Of a DNA stretch of 64,000 nucleotides, positions 1 through 9,582 are shown in pieces (the first letter of the stretch is position 1; each line of letters begins with the position of its first letter). The stretch covers positions 151,699 through 215,698 of the forward strand of contig JBBTSE010000007.1 of the NCBI GenBank assembly GCA_038064855.1. Direction: 5' to 3'. Source of the DNA: Patescibacteria group bacterium (GTDB lineage Bacteria > Patescibacteriota > Minisyncoccia > Ryanbacterales > GWA2-47-10b). The notes beneath the pieces were generated by a model. It had not been told where the DNA came from and did not search any database. It was given only the letters and a program-made list of their open reading frames with translations. The position numbers were made by a program, and so were the translations under genes.

Positions 1-1031
1 TTGCGTATCGCGTATGCCACGGCAGATCCATTGAGAAGTGCGGCCCCACCCAACTGTGGCCATGAGACTACCGTTTTACCCATCTCAAGGAGTGAGTTTT
101 GCATGCGTTCAGTCACATTTTCAGGACCTACATGTTTGGTGATCATCTTGCCAATACCAAACTTATCAAGACCTGCCAGCATCTCATATGAGACATCACC
201 CATGCGGCCATGGAAAAACTGCGTATTTTGATCAAGGTCATAGCGCTCGATATCTACCACGCCATTATCACCATTGTCTGCTGCCATCACCACGGCGATT
301 TTGTTTTTGCGCGCTCGCTCGCGGATAAGGTATTTGATTGCCAAATTATCAATCTCATCGACGACTACCGAAAGCCCACCAAAAAACTGATCAATGTTTT
401 CGGGAGTCAGACCATCAAAAATCTCAATCTCAAGATATGGATTGATCTCATACATCTGTCGTGCGGTCACGGTCGTCTTTTTCACACTAAGACCATCAAT
501 GCCGGTGCGAATGCGATTGGTATTTGAAAGCTCGAGCGTATCATGATCAGCGATCTTCCAATGCCGCCCACCACCCTGCAAAACCGTTGCGAGTACCACG
601 CTATTGCCCACACTCAGACCCGCAAGGCCAATAGTCGAATTATAATACTTTTCTTGCTCGTCGCGGTTGATGAGGTTTTTGTTGCGCGCGGTGCGTACTT
701 CAAAAAATTCTTTTTCTTCTAAGATGTGTACGATGAGTGCTCGCCACGGATAGTATACCCATCTCCCCTGCTGCCAGAGTGGTGCCTTGGCCTGCACGCT
801 CGCTAAGTATTCGGCAAAAAGAGCTTTGAACTCAGGCGTATATACTGCCGATGGATTTGATACCTGAAAATATTCTTCGAGCTGTACTTCAAAGCTGTCA
901 CTCACCTGTTGGATCTTGCCTGATTTGAGTAAATCCTCCACCGCCGCACAATCCGCATCAACCGACAAATCAAAAATCTGCGGTTTTACGGCGTCTTCGG
1001 ATTTTTTCTGTAAGAGTGTTTCGATATTCAT
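1..1031 (-). CDS. ThiF/MoeB/E1-like adenylyltransferase family protein with ~120-aa N-terminal extension (3' end truncated by window edge)
   Basis: Manual translation of minus strand from ATG at 1031 (MNIETLLQKKFRRRVKPQ...) is open to position 1; contains Rossmann/E1 motif NSTIGLAGLSVGNSVVLATVLQGGGRHWKIADHDTLELSNTNRI. Confidence 0.6.
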   Translation of the reverse strand, partial: MNIETLLQKKSEDAVKPQIFDLSVDADCAAVEDLLKSGKIQQVSDSFEVQLEEYFQVSNPSAVYTPEFKALFAEYLASVQAKAPLWQQGRWVYYPWRALIVHILEEKEFFEVRTARNKNLINRDEQEKYYNSTIGLAGLSVGNSVVLATVLQGGGRHWKIADHDTLELSNTNRIRTGIDGLSVKKTTVTARQMYEINPYLEIEIFDGLTPENIDQFFGGLSVVVDEIDNLAIKYLIRERARKNKIAVVMAADNGDNGVVDIERYDLDQNTQFFHGRMGDVSYEMLAGLDKFGIGKMITKHVGPENVTERMQNSLLEMGKTVVSWPQLGGAALLNGSAVAYAIR

Positions 1032-1035
1032 GACA

Positions 1036-1344
1036 TTATTTCGTTGCCTTACCACCCAGTCGTGCGATCATTTCCATGTCGTCTTCAGGGGCGACTTTGT
1101 TTTTGATAGTTTTGGCGCATACGCGGCAGTGGTATACGATATTGTACTTACCGCTCTTTTCTTCAACGCCCACTGGCTTCATAAGACCCTTACAAACAGC
1201 GCTCCGATCGCCCGGGTTTACATCTACATGCTTTGACCAAAGGCACTTGGGGCAGTGATTGGTATAGCCATTGCCCTCCACACGCGTGCCGCATCGCTCG
1301 CACACAAAGTCTTCGATCTTGCGCTGAAATTTTGGGGTATCCAT
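1036..1344 (-). CDS. RNHCP-domain cysteine-rich zinc-ribbon protein (function unknown)
   Basis: ORF-track 102 aa; motif TNHCPKC plus CxxC pairs (CERCG, CRVC); start overlaps alr stop (TAATG). Confidence 0.5.
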   Translation of the reverse strand: MDTPKFQRKIEDFVCERCGTRVEGNGYTNHCPKCLWSKHVDVNPGDRSAVCKGLMKPVGVEEKSGKYNIVYHCRVCAKTIKNKVAPEDDMEMIARLGGKATK

Positions 1345-2468
1345 TATTTGTAAATTCTTTTGATGAGCGGGTTGATCCGTGTGACGATCTCGTAGTTTGA
1401 AGTATCAGCAAGATACGCAAGCGCATCGGCGGTGATACCTTCACCAATGATCGTCGCCTCGTCACCCACCACAACCCCCTTAATATCAGTGATATCGATA
1501 ATAATCATATCCATCGAGATGCGCCCCAAAATCTTTGCCTGCTTGCCACGCACGATAAAATATCCAACGCTCGAGAGCGCGCGCGGATAGCCGTGCCAGT
1601 AACCTACAGGACAAATAGCTACTACTGAATGACGCCCAAGCTCTTCGGTAAAATCATACCCCACGCGGCTACCAGTAGCGAGCTCTTTAACCTCACTGAT
1701 AATAGTCTTCCACGAAAGTATCGGCTTGAGGCGAAACTGGTGATGAAACGCTGCCTCTGCTTCTTTTGATGGCCAAAGGCCATACATGCCGATACCAATA
1801 CGGATCATATCGTAATGCGCCTCGGGGAATAGTATCGCGCCCGACGTTGCGGTCGCGTGTCTGATGGGCCTGAACCCCGCCTCATGCGCCGCGTCAAGAA
1901 CTTTTTCAAAGAGTGCTATTTGCGCCTTAGTGTCTTTGGGAAATGCGGGATTTTTAGCAGCGGCAAAATGTGTGTAGATACCTTCAAAGCGCAGGTTGGC
2001 GTTTTTCTTTTTGAAATACGGGAATACTTTGGCGATATCGTCAGGCAAAAAACCTTGGCGATGCATGCCCGTATCAATCTTAATATGCACGCGAAGTGGT
2101 TTGCTGCGCGTGGCCTCACCTACGGCTGATTTGAGTGCGGCAAAGTTTGAGATCGTCACGCTGATACCCGCACGAGCGGCCTCAGCGTAGCGCTCAGGCA
2201 TGGTATAGCCGAGGACCAAAATAGGCATACGAATACCAGCTTTGCGAATAGCAAGCGCCTCTACTATCGAATCAACACCGAGCCAATCGGCGCCCAGTTT
2301 TTTCATAGTACGCGAGAAATCGAGAAGACCATGACCGTACGCGTTTGATTTGGTGATAGCCATCAGCATATTGCCTTTACCGGCAAGCTTGCGAAATGCC
2401 GTATAGTTGGCTTTGAGTTTTTTGGTATCTATCTCGATCCAAGTCCTAAGACTTTCTTTTTTCTTCAT
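1344..2468 (-). CDS. alr: alanine racemase
   Basis: 374 aa; PLP-lysine motif AITKSNAYGHG and overall Alr-like sequence. Confidence 0.9.
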   Translation of the reverse strand: MKKKESLRTWIEIDTKKLKANYTAFRKLAGKGNMLMAITKSNAYGHGLLDFSRTMKKLGADWLGVDSIVEALAIRKAGIRMPILVLGYTMPERYAEAARAGISVTISNFAALKSAVGEATRSKPLRVHIKIDTGMHRQGFLPDDIAKVFPYFKKKNANLRFEGIYTHFAAAKNPAFPKDTKAQIALFEKVLDAAHEAGFRPIRHATATSGAILFPEAHYDMIRIGIGMYGLWPSKEAEAAFHHQFRLKPILSWKTIISEVKELATGSRVGYDFTEELGRHSVVAICPVGYWHGYPRALSSVGYFIVRGKQAKILGRISMDMIIIDITDIKGVVVGDEATIIGEGITADALAYLADTSNYEIVTRINPLIKRIYK

Positions 2469-2529
2469 ATACCTAAAATAGCAGAGAAAAAGCCCGCCGC
2501 CAACGGCAAAATAAGGGGTTTTTGCTTAT

Positions 2530-2558
2530 TTGACAAGTAGTTATAAATATAGTATAAT
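2530..2558 (+). promoter_or_regulatory. consensus sigma-70 promoter (TTGACA-17 nt-TATAAT) driving the small ORF
   Basis: TTGACA at ~2530-2535, 17-nt spacer, TATAAT at ~2553-2558, then AGGAGG SD 6 nt before ATG 2578. Confidence 0.6.
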
Positions 2559-2577
2559 CGCATCTAGGAGGTTCATA

Positions 2578-2742
2578 ATGAAACTGCGAAGCATCGATCT
2601 CGTGATCATCGTCATCGGGCTCCTCGGCATCGTCGCTGTTCTCTCGTTCTCTCTCCCGCAGAGCAACGCGGTGACCGGCGTCGTCCAGTCGCGCAATGCC
2701 GAGATTACTGCCGAGGCCGAGCGTGCGCTCAACGGCAACTAG
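2578..2742 (+). CDS. small (54 aa) single-TM protein, GC-rich ORFan
   Basis: ATG after perfect SD; MKLRSIDLVIIVIGLLGIVAVLSF... hydrophobic helix; ~60% GC versus ~45% background; followed by terminator. Confidence 0.5.
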   Translation: MKLRSIDLVIIVIGLLGIVAVLSFSLPQSNAVTGVVQSRNAEITAEAERALNGN

Positions 2743-2750
2743 ATCAAAAG

Positions 2751-2790
2751 GCCCCGACCGTCAACCAGACGGTCGGGGCTATCATTTTTT
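2751..2790 (+). terminator. Rho-independent terminator
   Basis: GCCCCGACCGTC-loop-GACGGTCGGGGC hairpin followed by TTTTTT. Confidence 0.7.
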
Positions 2791-2802
2791 ATACGAGATT
2801 TT

Positions 2803-3429
2803 TTAGTTTAGATGCGCGTGGTCGTTCCATGTTTGTAGTAGCCATCCGTACTCGGGCATGTAGTCAAGCGCCGTAATCCCCGTATTTTTTATACGAAAAA
2901 CTTTAAAGATATGATTGAATTCCGCATGAGTCACCTTTTCGCCAAAAATAATAGTCGCCAACAACATACGCATAAATCCGCCATGGGAAACTACCAAGAT
3001 ATGTTCTTCAGAACGACTTTCAAGATATGCGAGAAAACCCAATGCACGATCACGAAACTCAGAAAATACTTCTTCGTCTGAATGACGATATGATTCATCG
3101 TCGCCATGAGCCATAATTTCTGCACGAATCGCCAACGCACGCGGATCGTCGCCTTGCATACCAACCATAACGCTTGGATGACGCTTCTCTACGATGTCAT
3201 CGCGCCATTCAACGGGCCGCTCGAGATGCTTTAAGATCACCTCGGTAGTTTCGCGTGTACGCTCATATGGACTAGCCAAGATTATATCGATAGGCAAACG
3301 CTCAATACGGTGTGCTAAAAAGACAGCTTGGTCCTTGCCATGCGATGAGAGTGGGCCTGTAGACCCTTGGAATGCATGAGCTATGTTTGCCTCGGATTCT
3401 CCGTGGCGGATAAGATAAATACGCTTCAT
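2803..3429 (-). CDS. histidine phosphatase family protein (phosphoglycerate mutase-like)
   Basis: LIRHGESEAN (RHG catalytic motif); start trimmed to MKRIYL at 3429 because the ORF-track extension runs into the tRNA. Confidence 0.8.
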   Translation of the reverse strand: MKRIYLIRHGESEANIAHAFQGSTGPLSSHGKDQAVFLAHRIERLPIDIILASPYERTRETTEVILKHLERPVEWRDDIVEKRHPSVMVGMQGDDPRALAIRAEIMAHGDDESYRHSDEEVFSEFRDRALGFLAYLESRSEEHILVVSHGGFMRMLLATIIFGEKVTHAEFNHIFKVFRIKNTGITALDYMPEYGWLLQTWNDHAHLN

Positions 3430-3431
3430 TG

Positions 3432-3505
3432 TCCGCTCGGTAGGAATCGAACCTACGACCATCTCCTTAAAAGGGAGCTGCTCTACCGACTGAGCTACGA
3501 GCGGA
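3432..3505 (-). tRNA. tRNA-Lys (anticodon TTT)
   Basis: Reverse complement gives cloverleaf GTAGCTCAGTCGGTAGAGC D-arm, anticodon loop CTTTTAA, T-arm GGTTCGATTCC, acceptor TCCGCTC/GAGCGGA. Confidence 0.85.
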
Positions 3506-3508
3506 TAT

Positions 3509-4018
3509 TTACGATCGCCTACTCAAAAGAGCAAGACCGATGATGGGCACAATCGCCCAAATAACATACGCATCGGGTCCTGCAAAGAGCGTTTTGGTGA
3601 TCGGTGATAATTTTATAATACCCCGAAATGAGATGATATTCAAGGTACCGGCCACAAAAAGACCAGTTGAGAGAAAGCTAATAAAAAGAGCGGGCAACCA
3701 CCGATATGACGATTTGCCGATGCCACGCAAAAAAATGCGCTCGGTAAAAACAAATAACAATGCGAGCACCACACCATACACAAGCAGGTTGCGATACAAA
3801 TGTACGCCGAGCTTGTGACTATCGAGAAGCTCGAAGATCAAAGGTGAGATAAAAAGTGCCAAATAGGTTGAGAGCAAGAACGCCAAAAGCTTTGCCTTGC
3901 CACCCATCATGCCCCACAAAAATCCTGCGCCGAGAAAAAAAGTGATAACCAATATATCTACCGCCGGATGGCGCATGTAAGCTGCGAGTCCTTCTGCGTA
4001 CGCGAGATAGGCGGTCAT
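3509..4018 (-). CDS. polytopic membrane protein, possibly CvpA family
   Basis: 169 aa, about 4 hydrophobic helices; weak resemblance to CvpA. Confidence 0.35.
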   Translation of the reverse strand: MTAYLAYAEGLAAYMRHPAVDILVITFFLGAGFLWGMMGGKAKLLAFLLSTYLALFISPLIFELLDSHKLGVHLYRNLLVYGVVLALLFVFTERIFLRGIGKSSYRWLPALFISFLSTGLFVAGTLNIISFRGIIKLSPITKTLFAGPDAYVIWAIVPIIGLALLSRRS

Positions 4019-5074
4019 CTAGAAGCCTTCGCGTTTGAGTTCTTCAATGAGAGATTTGAGTGCGGGTGTGATCTTCTTTGGCATGTGGATTTTAATTTCA
4101 ATCAGCAAGTCTCCCCTACCACCATCGTCGCGGCCAATGCCTTTACCGGCCACTTTGAGTACTTCGCCGTCAGCCACACCCTGTGGAATTTTTACTTTAA
4201 TCTTGCCATCAAGTGTTTCGATCTCTTCGGAAGAGCCCACAAGAGCAGTAGAGAGTGGCACTTCAAAACGCATGACCAAATCATGGCGCAAACGCTTGAA
4301 TGTCGCATGAGGTAATACATGAATCTTGGCGTAGAGGTCACCCATGTCAGCATGAGGGGCCGCCTCACCCTTACCTGAGATCCTAATCACCTCACCATCT
4401 TCAATGCCTGAGGGAACAATAATGTGTACTTCCTCACTCTTTACGATGATTGTCTCGCCGTGGCAGACTTTGCATTGTTTCTCTGGCACTTTGCCTTTGC
4501 CACTACAAGTGCCGCACTCAACCATTTTGGTAAAGGTACCAAAAAGAGATTTGCGCGTGTCACGCAAGGTGCCCGCGCCATGACAGGTAGCGCAGGTAGA
4601 AAGCGCTGAGCCTTTTTCGGCACCCGTACCGCCACACTCGTCGCACAATGCTCGTTTGCGGATCAGTACGCGACGCTCCGTACCAAAAGCACTTTCTGCA
4701 AATGGAATCTCGATATCAATAGAAATATCACGGCCTCGACGCTTGTTACCTCCACCAGGAAAACCACCTCTGCCAAAAACAGTCTCAAAAATATCACCGA
4801 CATCCATCTGATCAAAACCAAAATTGCCGAAATCAAAACCACCGAAACCAGCGCCCTCCTGTCCTCCGGCGCCAGCGGAACCAAAACGATCATATTGTGA
4901 TCGTTTGTCATCGTTTGAGAGTATTTGGTAGGCCTCGTTGATCTCTTTGAAGCGGCGTTCATCACCACCTTTTTTGTCAGGATGGTATTGGTGCGCAAGC
5001 TTGCGGTACGCCTTTTTTACATCTTCTTTGGTCGCGTTGCGCGGAACGCCTAAAATATCATAGTAGTCTTTCAT
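4019..5074 (-). CDS. dnaJ: molecular chaperone DnaJ
   Basis: J-domain YYDILGV...HPD; four CxxCxGxG zinc-finger repeats; C-terminal domains. Confidence 0.9.
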   Translation of the reverse strand: MKDYYDILGVPRNATKEDVKKAYRKLAHQYHPDKKGGDERRFKEINEAYQILSNDDKRSQYDRFGSAGAGGQEGAGFGGFDFGNFGFDQMDVGDIFETVFGRGGFPGGGNKRRGRDISIDIEIPFAESAFGTERRVLIRKRALCDECGGTGAEKGSALSTCATCHGAGTLRDTRKSLFGTFTKMVECGTCSGKGKVPEKQCKVCHGETIIVKSEEVHIIVPSGIEDGEVIRISGKGEAAPHADMGDLYAKIHVLPHATFKRLRHDLVMRFEVPLSTALVGSSEEIETLDGKIKVKIPQGVADGEVLKVAGKGIGRDDGGRGDLLIEIKIHMPKKITPALKSLIEELKREGF

Positions 5075-5086
5075 GGGTGGGTTTCC

Positions 5087-6013
5087 TTAAAAGAACGAGT
5101 AGACAAAGACGTTTGCAGGTATCGTTCTTACGCCGATTATACCAAATCTACGCAAAATGCGCAAAACCATACTCACGATCATAATGGCGATCCAATAGAG
5201 AAAAATACCGAAAAATCGGAGCGTTACAAAAAATCCAATTGCATATGCAATAGGGAATACTCCCTGAAAACGGCCTGCCTGCGCGCGCATAAAATTGATA
5301 CCCACCATATAGATAATATCACCCATCTTTTGGTCTGCTCGTGGTTCAACCCCAATGCGCTCATTGAGCATTTTGGCGGACTCGCGGGTGGCGAGTGCGC
5401 GCTCGTTGGTCGTCAGTTCACGACCTGTCTCAGCTGCTGCTTTTTTGGCTACATAATCTCCGTATAAAATTTTTGAATCAAACGCGCCATCAACACCGCG
5501 GATCACAGGATCAATCGTCTCAAGGATAGGGTCAAAAAGCCAGCGTGGGATCAATGCCTCTACCTCCAAATTTTGCTTGGGTGTGACGGCAAACGCAGCA
5601 GTGGCAATGGCGGCAGCAAGAAAGGTAACAGTAAGTGGTAAACACTTGCGAAGACTTTTGGCGACACCGCCCTCGAGCGTGCGTTCCATCTGATATTTGG
5701 TGCGAAACATACCCAAAATACCAAAACAGAAAAGAGCAGTAGCCATCACTATAAAAAAATGTGTCTGGTACCAAATGACACCCATGTAGGACGCGAGCGC
5801 CCAGCCAACGAGCATCAAATAAATTTTATCTACCAAGATAACCGAAAGCCCCCACATCGCAAGAAACGCGATGGTGGCGGCAATCGTGCTCCAGATCAAA
5901 TTCATATTGTCCCACGAAAGACGCGGGAGCAGTGTCGAGATTGAGAGCCACAGGAGGCCTGACGAGAGTACGAGGAGGGTAAGGAGCGTGGCTTCTTTAG
6001 CCGGTGCTTTCAT
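5087..6013 (-). CDS. hypothetical integral membrane protein embedded in the heat-shock operon
   Basis: 308 aa, multiple hydrophobic segments; sits between dnaK and dnaJ on the same strand; no recognisable motif. Confidence 0.4.
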   Translation of the reverse strand: MKAPAKEATLLTLLVLSSGLLWLSISTLLPRLSWDNMNLIWSTIAATIAFLAMWGLSVILVDKIYLMLVGWALASYMGVIWYQTHFFIVMATALFCFGILGMFRTKYQMERTLEGGVAKSLRKCLPLTVTFLAAAIATAAFAVTPKQNLEVEALIPRWLFDPILETIDPVIRGVDGAFDSKILYGDYVAKKAAAETGRELTTNERALATRESAKMLNERIGVEPRADQKMGDIIYMVGINFMRAQAGRFQGVFPIAYAIGFFVTLRFFGIFLYWIAIMIVSMVLRILRRFGIIGVRTIPANVFVYSFF

Positions 6014-7880
6014 TACCCTTATTATCGTCTTTTACTTCCTCATGTTCAACTGGTGTTGCACCCGGCGTGGCTTCTGCATCTTTTTTATAGATCAACTCCC
6101 CTATCTTTTGAGCCGCTACCGAATAGGCCGTTGCCTTGTCACGGATTTTTGCCGCGTCCTCGCCCTTCATGACCTCGTCGAGCTCTTTCTTTTTGTCTTC
6201 TATTTCTTTTTTAAGTGCTTCGGGTACTTTGTCACCCGCATCGTGCACTGCCTTTTCAGTCGTGTATACCATGGTGTCTGCGATATTGCGGGCTTCTACC
6301 AAATCACGCTTTTTCTTGTCTTCATCTGCGTGTACGGCGGCATCTTGCTTCATACGCTCGATATCATCTTTGGTAAGCCCGCTCGATGCCTCGATGCGTA
6401 CTGACTGCTCTTTGCCGGTACCCTTGTCTTTTGCCTTCACCGACAAAATACCATTGGCATCGATATCAAATGAGACTTCAATCTGGGGCATGCCTCGGGG
6501 TGCTGGTGGGATGCCATCAAGAATAAATCGGCCGAGTGTTTTGTTGTCTGTGGCCATCTCACGCTCACCCTGCAAGATATGGATCTCGACTGACGGCTGG
6601 GAATCCGCCGCGGTTGAAAACACCTGTGTCTTTGCAGTCGGCACGGTGGTATTTTTTTCAATGATACGGGTAAATACTCCGCCAAAAGTTTCGAGACCAA
6701 CGGAGAGTGGCGTGACATCGAGCAAGAGCACATCTTTAACATCGCCCTGCAAGATACCTGCCTGTACGGCCGCGCCAAGTGCCACTACTTCGTCAGGGTT
6801 GATGGTGCGATTCGGCTCTTTGCCAAAGAGTTTTTTAACGGCCTCTACGATTGCCGGCATGCGCGTCTGACCACCTACCAAGATAACTTCATTAATATCG
6901 CCGATCGCAAGTCCGGCGTCTTTGACAACCTGACTCGTGATATTGATTGATTTGGTGATGTAATCACCTACGAGCTGCTCAAAATCTGCGCGCTTGAGTT
7001 TGAGAAGCAAGTGCTGGGGGCCTGATTCGTTTGATGTAATGAATGGAATATTGACCTCGGTCTCCATGGTACCCGAAAGCTCATGCTTTGCTTTTTCCGC
7101 CGCTTCTTTGAGGCGCTGGAGAGCTATCGCATCTTTGGATACATCGATGCCTGATTGTTTTTTGAACTCGCTGATGATCCACTCAATAATTTTTTGATCA
7201 AAGTCATCACCCCCCAAGTGTGTGTCGCCACCGGTTGCCTTCACCTCGATGGTGTCTTCGGCAATATCAAGCACTGAAACATCAAAAGTACCGCCGCCAA
7301 AGTCATAGACAACCACTTTTTCATCTTTCTTTTTATTGAAACCATATGCGAGCGCAGCTGCCGTCGGTTCGTTGAGAATGCGGCGCACCGTGAGCCCCGC
7401 GATCTCGCCTGCGTCTTTGGTCGCCTTGCGCTGTGAATCGCTAAAGTAGGCCGGTACCGTGATAATCGCCTCGGTGATTTTCTCACCAAGCTTTTCTTCA
7501 GCGTCTGCTTTGAGCTTTTGCAAAATCATCGCCGAGATTTCTTCGGGACGATATCCTTTGCCCCCCATTTCAATCTCAACGCCGCTATTGGCTGACTCTT
7601 TGATGGTGTACGGCAAGAGTGTTTTGTCGCGCTGTACCTCTGCATCAGAAAACTTGCGACCGATAAGGCGTTTGGCAGAATAAATAGTACCGCGTGGATT
7701 GGTGACTGCTTGGCGCTTCGCAATTAACCCTGCCAAACGCTCGTTTGATTTTGAGAGTGCGACAATAGACGGCGTGGTGCGATTACCTTCTTTGTTTTCG
7801 ATTATTTTTGGAGCACCGCCCTCGATGATTGCTATCGCTGAGTTGGTAGTGCCTAAGTCAATTCCAAGTATTTTTGCCAT
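5997..7880 (-). CDS. dnaK: molecular chaperone DnaK (Hsp70)
   Basis: [23 protein letters not shown] and the rest of the Hsp70 sequence; 627 aa. Confidence 0.95.
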   Translation of the reverse strand: MAKILGIDLGTTNSAIAIIEGGAPKIIENKEGNRTTPSIVALSKSNERLAGLIAKRQAVTNPRGTIYSAKRLIGRKFSDAEVQRDKTLLPYTIKESANSGVEIEMGGKGYRPEEISAMILQKLKADAEEKLGEKITEAIITVPAYFSDSQRKATKDAGEIAGLTVRRILNEPTAAALAYGFNKKKDEKVVVYDFGGGTFDVSVLDIAEDTIEVKATGGDTHLGGDDFDQKIIEWIISEFKKQSGIDVSKDAIALQRLKEAAEKAKHELSGTMETEVNIPFITSNESGPQHLLLKLKRADFEQLVGDYITKSINITSQVVKDAGLAIGDINEVILVGGQTRMPAIVEAVKKLFGKEPNRTINPDEVVALGAAVQAGILQGDVKDVLLLDVTPLSVGLETFGGVFTRIIEKNTTVPTAKTQVFSTAADSQPSVEIHILQGEREMATDNKTLGRFILDGIPPAPRGMPQIEVSFDIDANGILSVKAKDKGTGKEQSVRIEASSGLTKDDIERMKQDAAVHADEDKKKRDLVEARNIADTMVYTTEKAVHDAGDKVPEALKKEIEDKKKELDEVMKGEDAAKIRDKATAYSVAAQKIGELIYKKDAEATPGATPVEHEEVKDDNKGNESTG

Positions 7881-7896
7881 AATATTTTTTTATTTA

Positions 7897-8424
7897 TTAT
7901 TCTTTTTTAAATTCACCGACACTCACTTTTGCGGGGCGGATGACTCGATCACCTATCCGATACCCTTTTTGAAATTCTGTCATCACTTTGTTGTCATCTG
8001 CCTCGCTCGCGACTTCTTTGACTTCAATTGCTTCATGCCATACGGGATCAAATATTTTGCCGAGAGCATCGATGGACTCAATATCATAACGCTTGAGGAG
8101 ACCTCTGAGCTTCTCGAGTGTGTTGCGCATACCTTGCACCCACGGAGAATCGGGCGGTGGTGAGGCAAAGGCGCCTTCAAAGGTGTCTACAACATCAAGG
8201 ATCTCGCGTACCATACGAATCTCTGCGTACTGTACTGCTGACTCTTGGCCTTTGCGTGATTCGCGCTCAGCGTTTGAATAGTCTGCTTTTGCTCGCTGCC
8301 AACCCTGAAGATACTCGTCTTTTTCCTTTTTACAGATTTCGAGCGCGTGTTTGAGTTTTGTCAGCTTGGGATTCGCATCGTCTTCCGCCTCAAGCTCGAT
8401 ATCGTCTAATCGTTCTTCATCCAT
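7897..8424 (-). CDS. grpE: nucleotide exchange factor GrpE
   Basis: 175 aa; acidic N-terminus, coiled-coil, GrpE-like C-terminus; position between hrcA and dnaK. Confidence 0.85.
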   Translation of the reverse strand: MDEERLDDIELEAEDDANPKLTKLKHALEICKKEKDEYLQGWQRAKADYSNAERESRKGQESAVQYAEIRMVREILDVVDTFEGAFASPPPDSPWVQGMRNTLEKLRGLLKRYDIESIDALGKIFDPVWHEAIEVKEVASEADDNKVMTEFQKGYRIGDRVIRPAKVSVGEFKKE

Positions 8425-9059
8425 ATGCGTATGGTACCAATAATACCTTCGTAATTCATGCGCGTAGGCCCTGCTACGAAAAAGACATCGTCTCTCCCGC
8501 GCCGACCGACTACTACACTGATCGCACGCATGCGCTCGACGGGGTTCTCCTCGCCAATATACACGCGAAATGGATCATCTTCGAGTGACTCTCTATACGC
8601 GTCACGCTGGCGTTCAAGATGATCGAGGAATATGCCCATCTCTTTGACGACATCGCGCTCAGCAAATTCAGGTTCACGAAATACCTCATCAAAACCTATA
8701 GGCATACCTTCACCAAATGCTGAGAGTACACGAAAGTGTTGAGCCATCTTTTCCTGCAACGCGCGCATGCCACCCAATACTTGGGTTACGCGTTGCGTCA
8801 CCGCTGTTTCCACTTCATCGGCCAATACTTCGTCTACAAAAAAACGGTACCCACGCACGGATGGCACGCGCCCTCCCGAGACATGGGGCTGGACGATAAA
8901 ACCCTCATCGGTCAAAACACCAAATACATTGCGGATCGATGCGGGACTCAAGTTGCCACGGAAATGCCGCGCAATGCGCTCGGATGATACAGGCTCTGCG
9001 GTACGAATATAGTCCCTGACCAAAAGTTCAAGGATATTTTTTTCGCGCTCTTTGAGCAT
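8406..9059 (-). CDS. hrcA: heat-inducible transcription repressor HrcA
   Basis: NILELLVRDYIRTAEPVSSERIA winged-helix N-terminus; start trimmed to MLKEREKN (9059), directly downstream of a TATAAT box and CIRCE. Confidence 0.85.
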   Translation of the reverse strand: MLKEREKNILELLVRDYIRTAEPVSSERIARHFRGNLSPASIRNVFGVLTDEGFIVQPHVSGGRVPSVRGYRFFVDEVLADEVETAVTQRVTQVLGGMRALQEKMAQHFRVLSAFGEGMPIGFDEVFREPEFAERDVVKEMGIFLDHLERQRDAYRESLEDDPFRVYIGEENPVERMRAISVVVGRRGRDDVFFVAGPTRMNYEGIIGTIRIWMKND

Positions 9060-9065
9060 AGGAGC

Positions 9066-9094
9066 ATTATAGACAATTAGCACTCGTGGGTCAA
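9066..9094 (-). promoter_or_regulatory. hrcA operon promoter (TTGACC-17 nt-TATAAT) that would give a leaderless transcript
   Basis: Minus-strand read TTGACC cacgagtgctaattgtc TATAAT gctcct ATG; the ATG lies ~7 nt after the -10 box. Confidence 0.55.
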
Positions 9095-9103
9095 GAGTGC
9101 TAA
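9077..9103. promoter_or_regulatory. CIRCE operator (HrcA binding site)
   Basis: TTAGCACTC-N9-GAGTGCTAA, perfect match to the CIRCE consensus, overlapping the -35 box and spacer. Confidence 0.9.
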
Positions 9104-9120
9104 TTTGTTCTCCTGCTAAA

Positions 9121-9156
9121 CAAAAATCCCTCCCGCAATCGCGGGAGGGATTTTTG
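9121..9156. terminator. bidirectional Rho-independent terminator after rpsI
   Basis: ATCCCTCCCGC-AATC-GCGGGAGGGAT hairpin flanked by A-run and T-run. Confidence 0.65.
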
Positions 9157-9159
9157 AGA

Positions 9160-9582
9160 TTAACGCTTTGACCACTGAGGGGCGCGGCGAGCTTTTTTGA
9201 GGCCGAACTTACGGCGCTCTTTGACGCGAGGATCACGCTTGAGAAAGCCTGCTTTTTTGAGACTGTGGCGCAATGCGATATCAAAGGTGTTGAGTGTACG
9301 AGAAATGCCGTGGCGTACTGCCTCTGACTGTGAGTGAATACCACCACCCTCTACTTTGACTGATACACCAAAATGAGTCTCGGGACGCGCTTTACGAAAA
9401 GCGTCTTCAACAATCTTTTGCATGTCTACGGTAACAAAATATTTCTTGTAGTCGATACCGTTGACAACGATGCCCTCTTGATTAGCAAAAATACGCACGC
9501 GCGCAATAGAGGTCTTGCGGCGTCCGACAGCTTCGATATATTTGCCCGTAAAGGCAGCAGTTTTACTTTTCGTCTGTGACAT
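9160..9582 (-). CDS. rpsI: 30S ribosomal protein S9
   Basis: C-terminus ...KKARRAPQWSKR typical of S9. Confidence 0.9.
   Translation of the reverse strand: MSQTKSKTAAFTGKYIEAVGRRKTSIARVRIFANQEGIVVNGIDYKKYFVTVDMQKIVEDAFRKARPETHFGVSVKVEGGGIHSQSEAVRHGISRTLNTFDIALRHSLKKAGFLKRDPRVKERRKFGLKKARRAPQWSKR

Noticed and set aside
1-527. Plus-strand ORFs 1..231 and 210..527 at the window start
   Set aside because: They are antisense to the continuous ThiF-like reading frame that spans 1..1031 on the minus strand.
3430-3462. ORF-track N-terminal extensions that run through tRNA genes or repeats (2803..3462, 37309..38145, 38924..39463, 39527..39859)
   Set aside because: The extensions are simply read-through of tRNA or repeat sequence in frame. 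Internal ATGs with SD-like sequences immediately after the tRNA 3' ends give proteins that begin at their conserved domains.
6136-6870. Long plus-strand ORFs antisense to dnaK; similar ones lie antisense to the helicase (18060..19307), the 596-aa protein (26213..27115) and the YVTN protein (36115..36705)
   Set aside because: They lie opposite strongly supported genes, have biased Ser/Arg/Pro-rich composition typical of antisense frames, and have no SD or promoter. Judged spurious.
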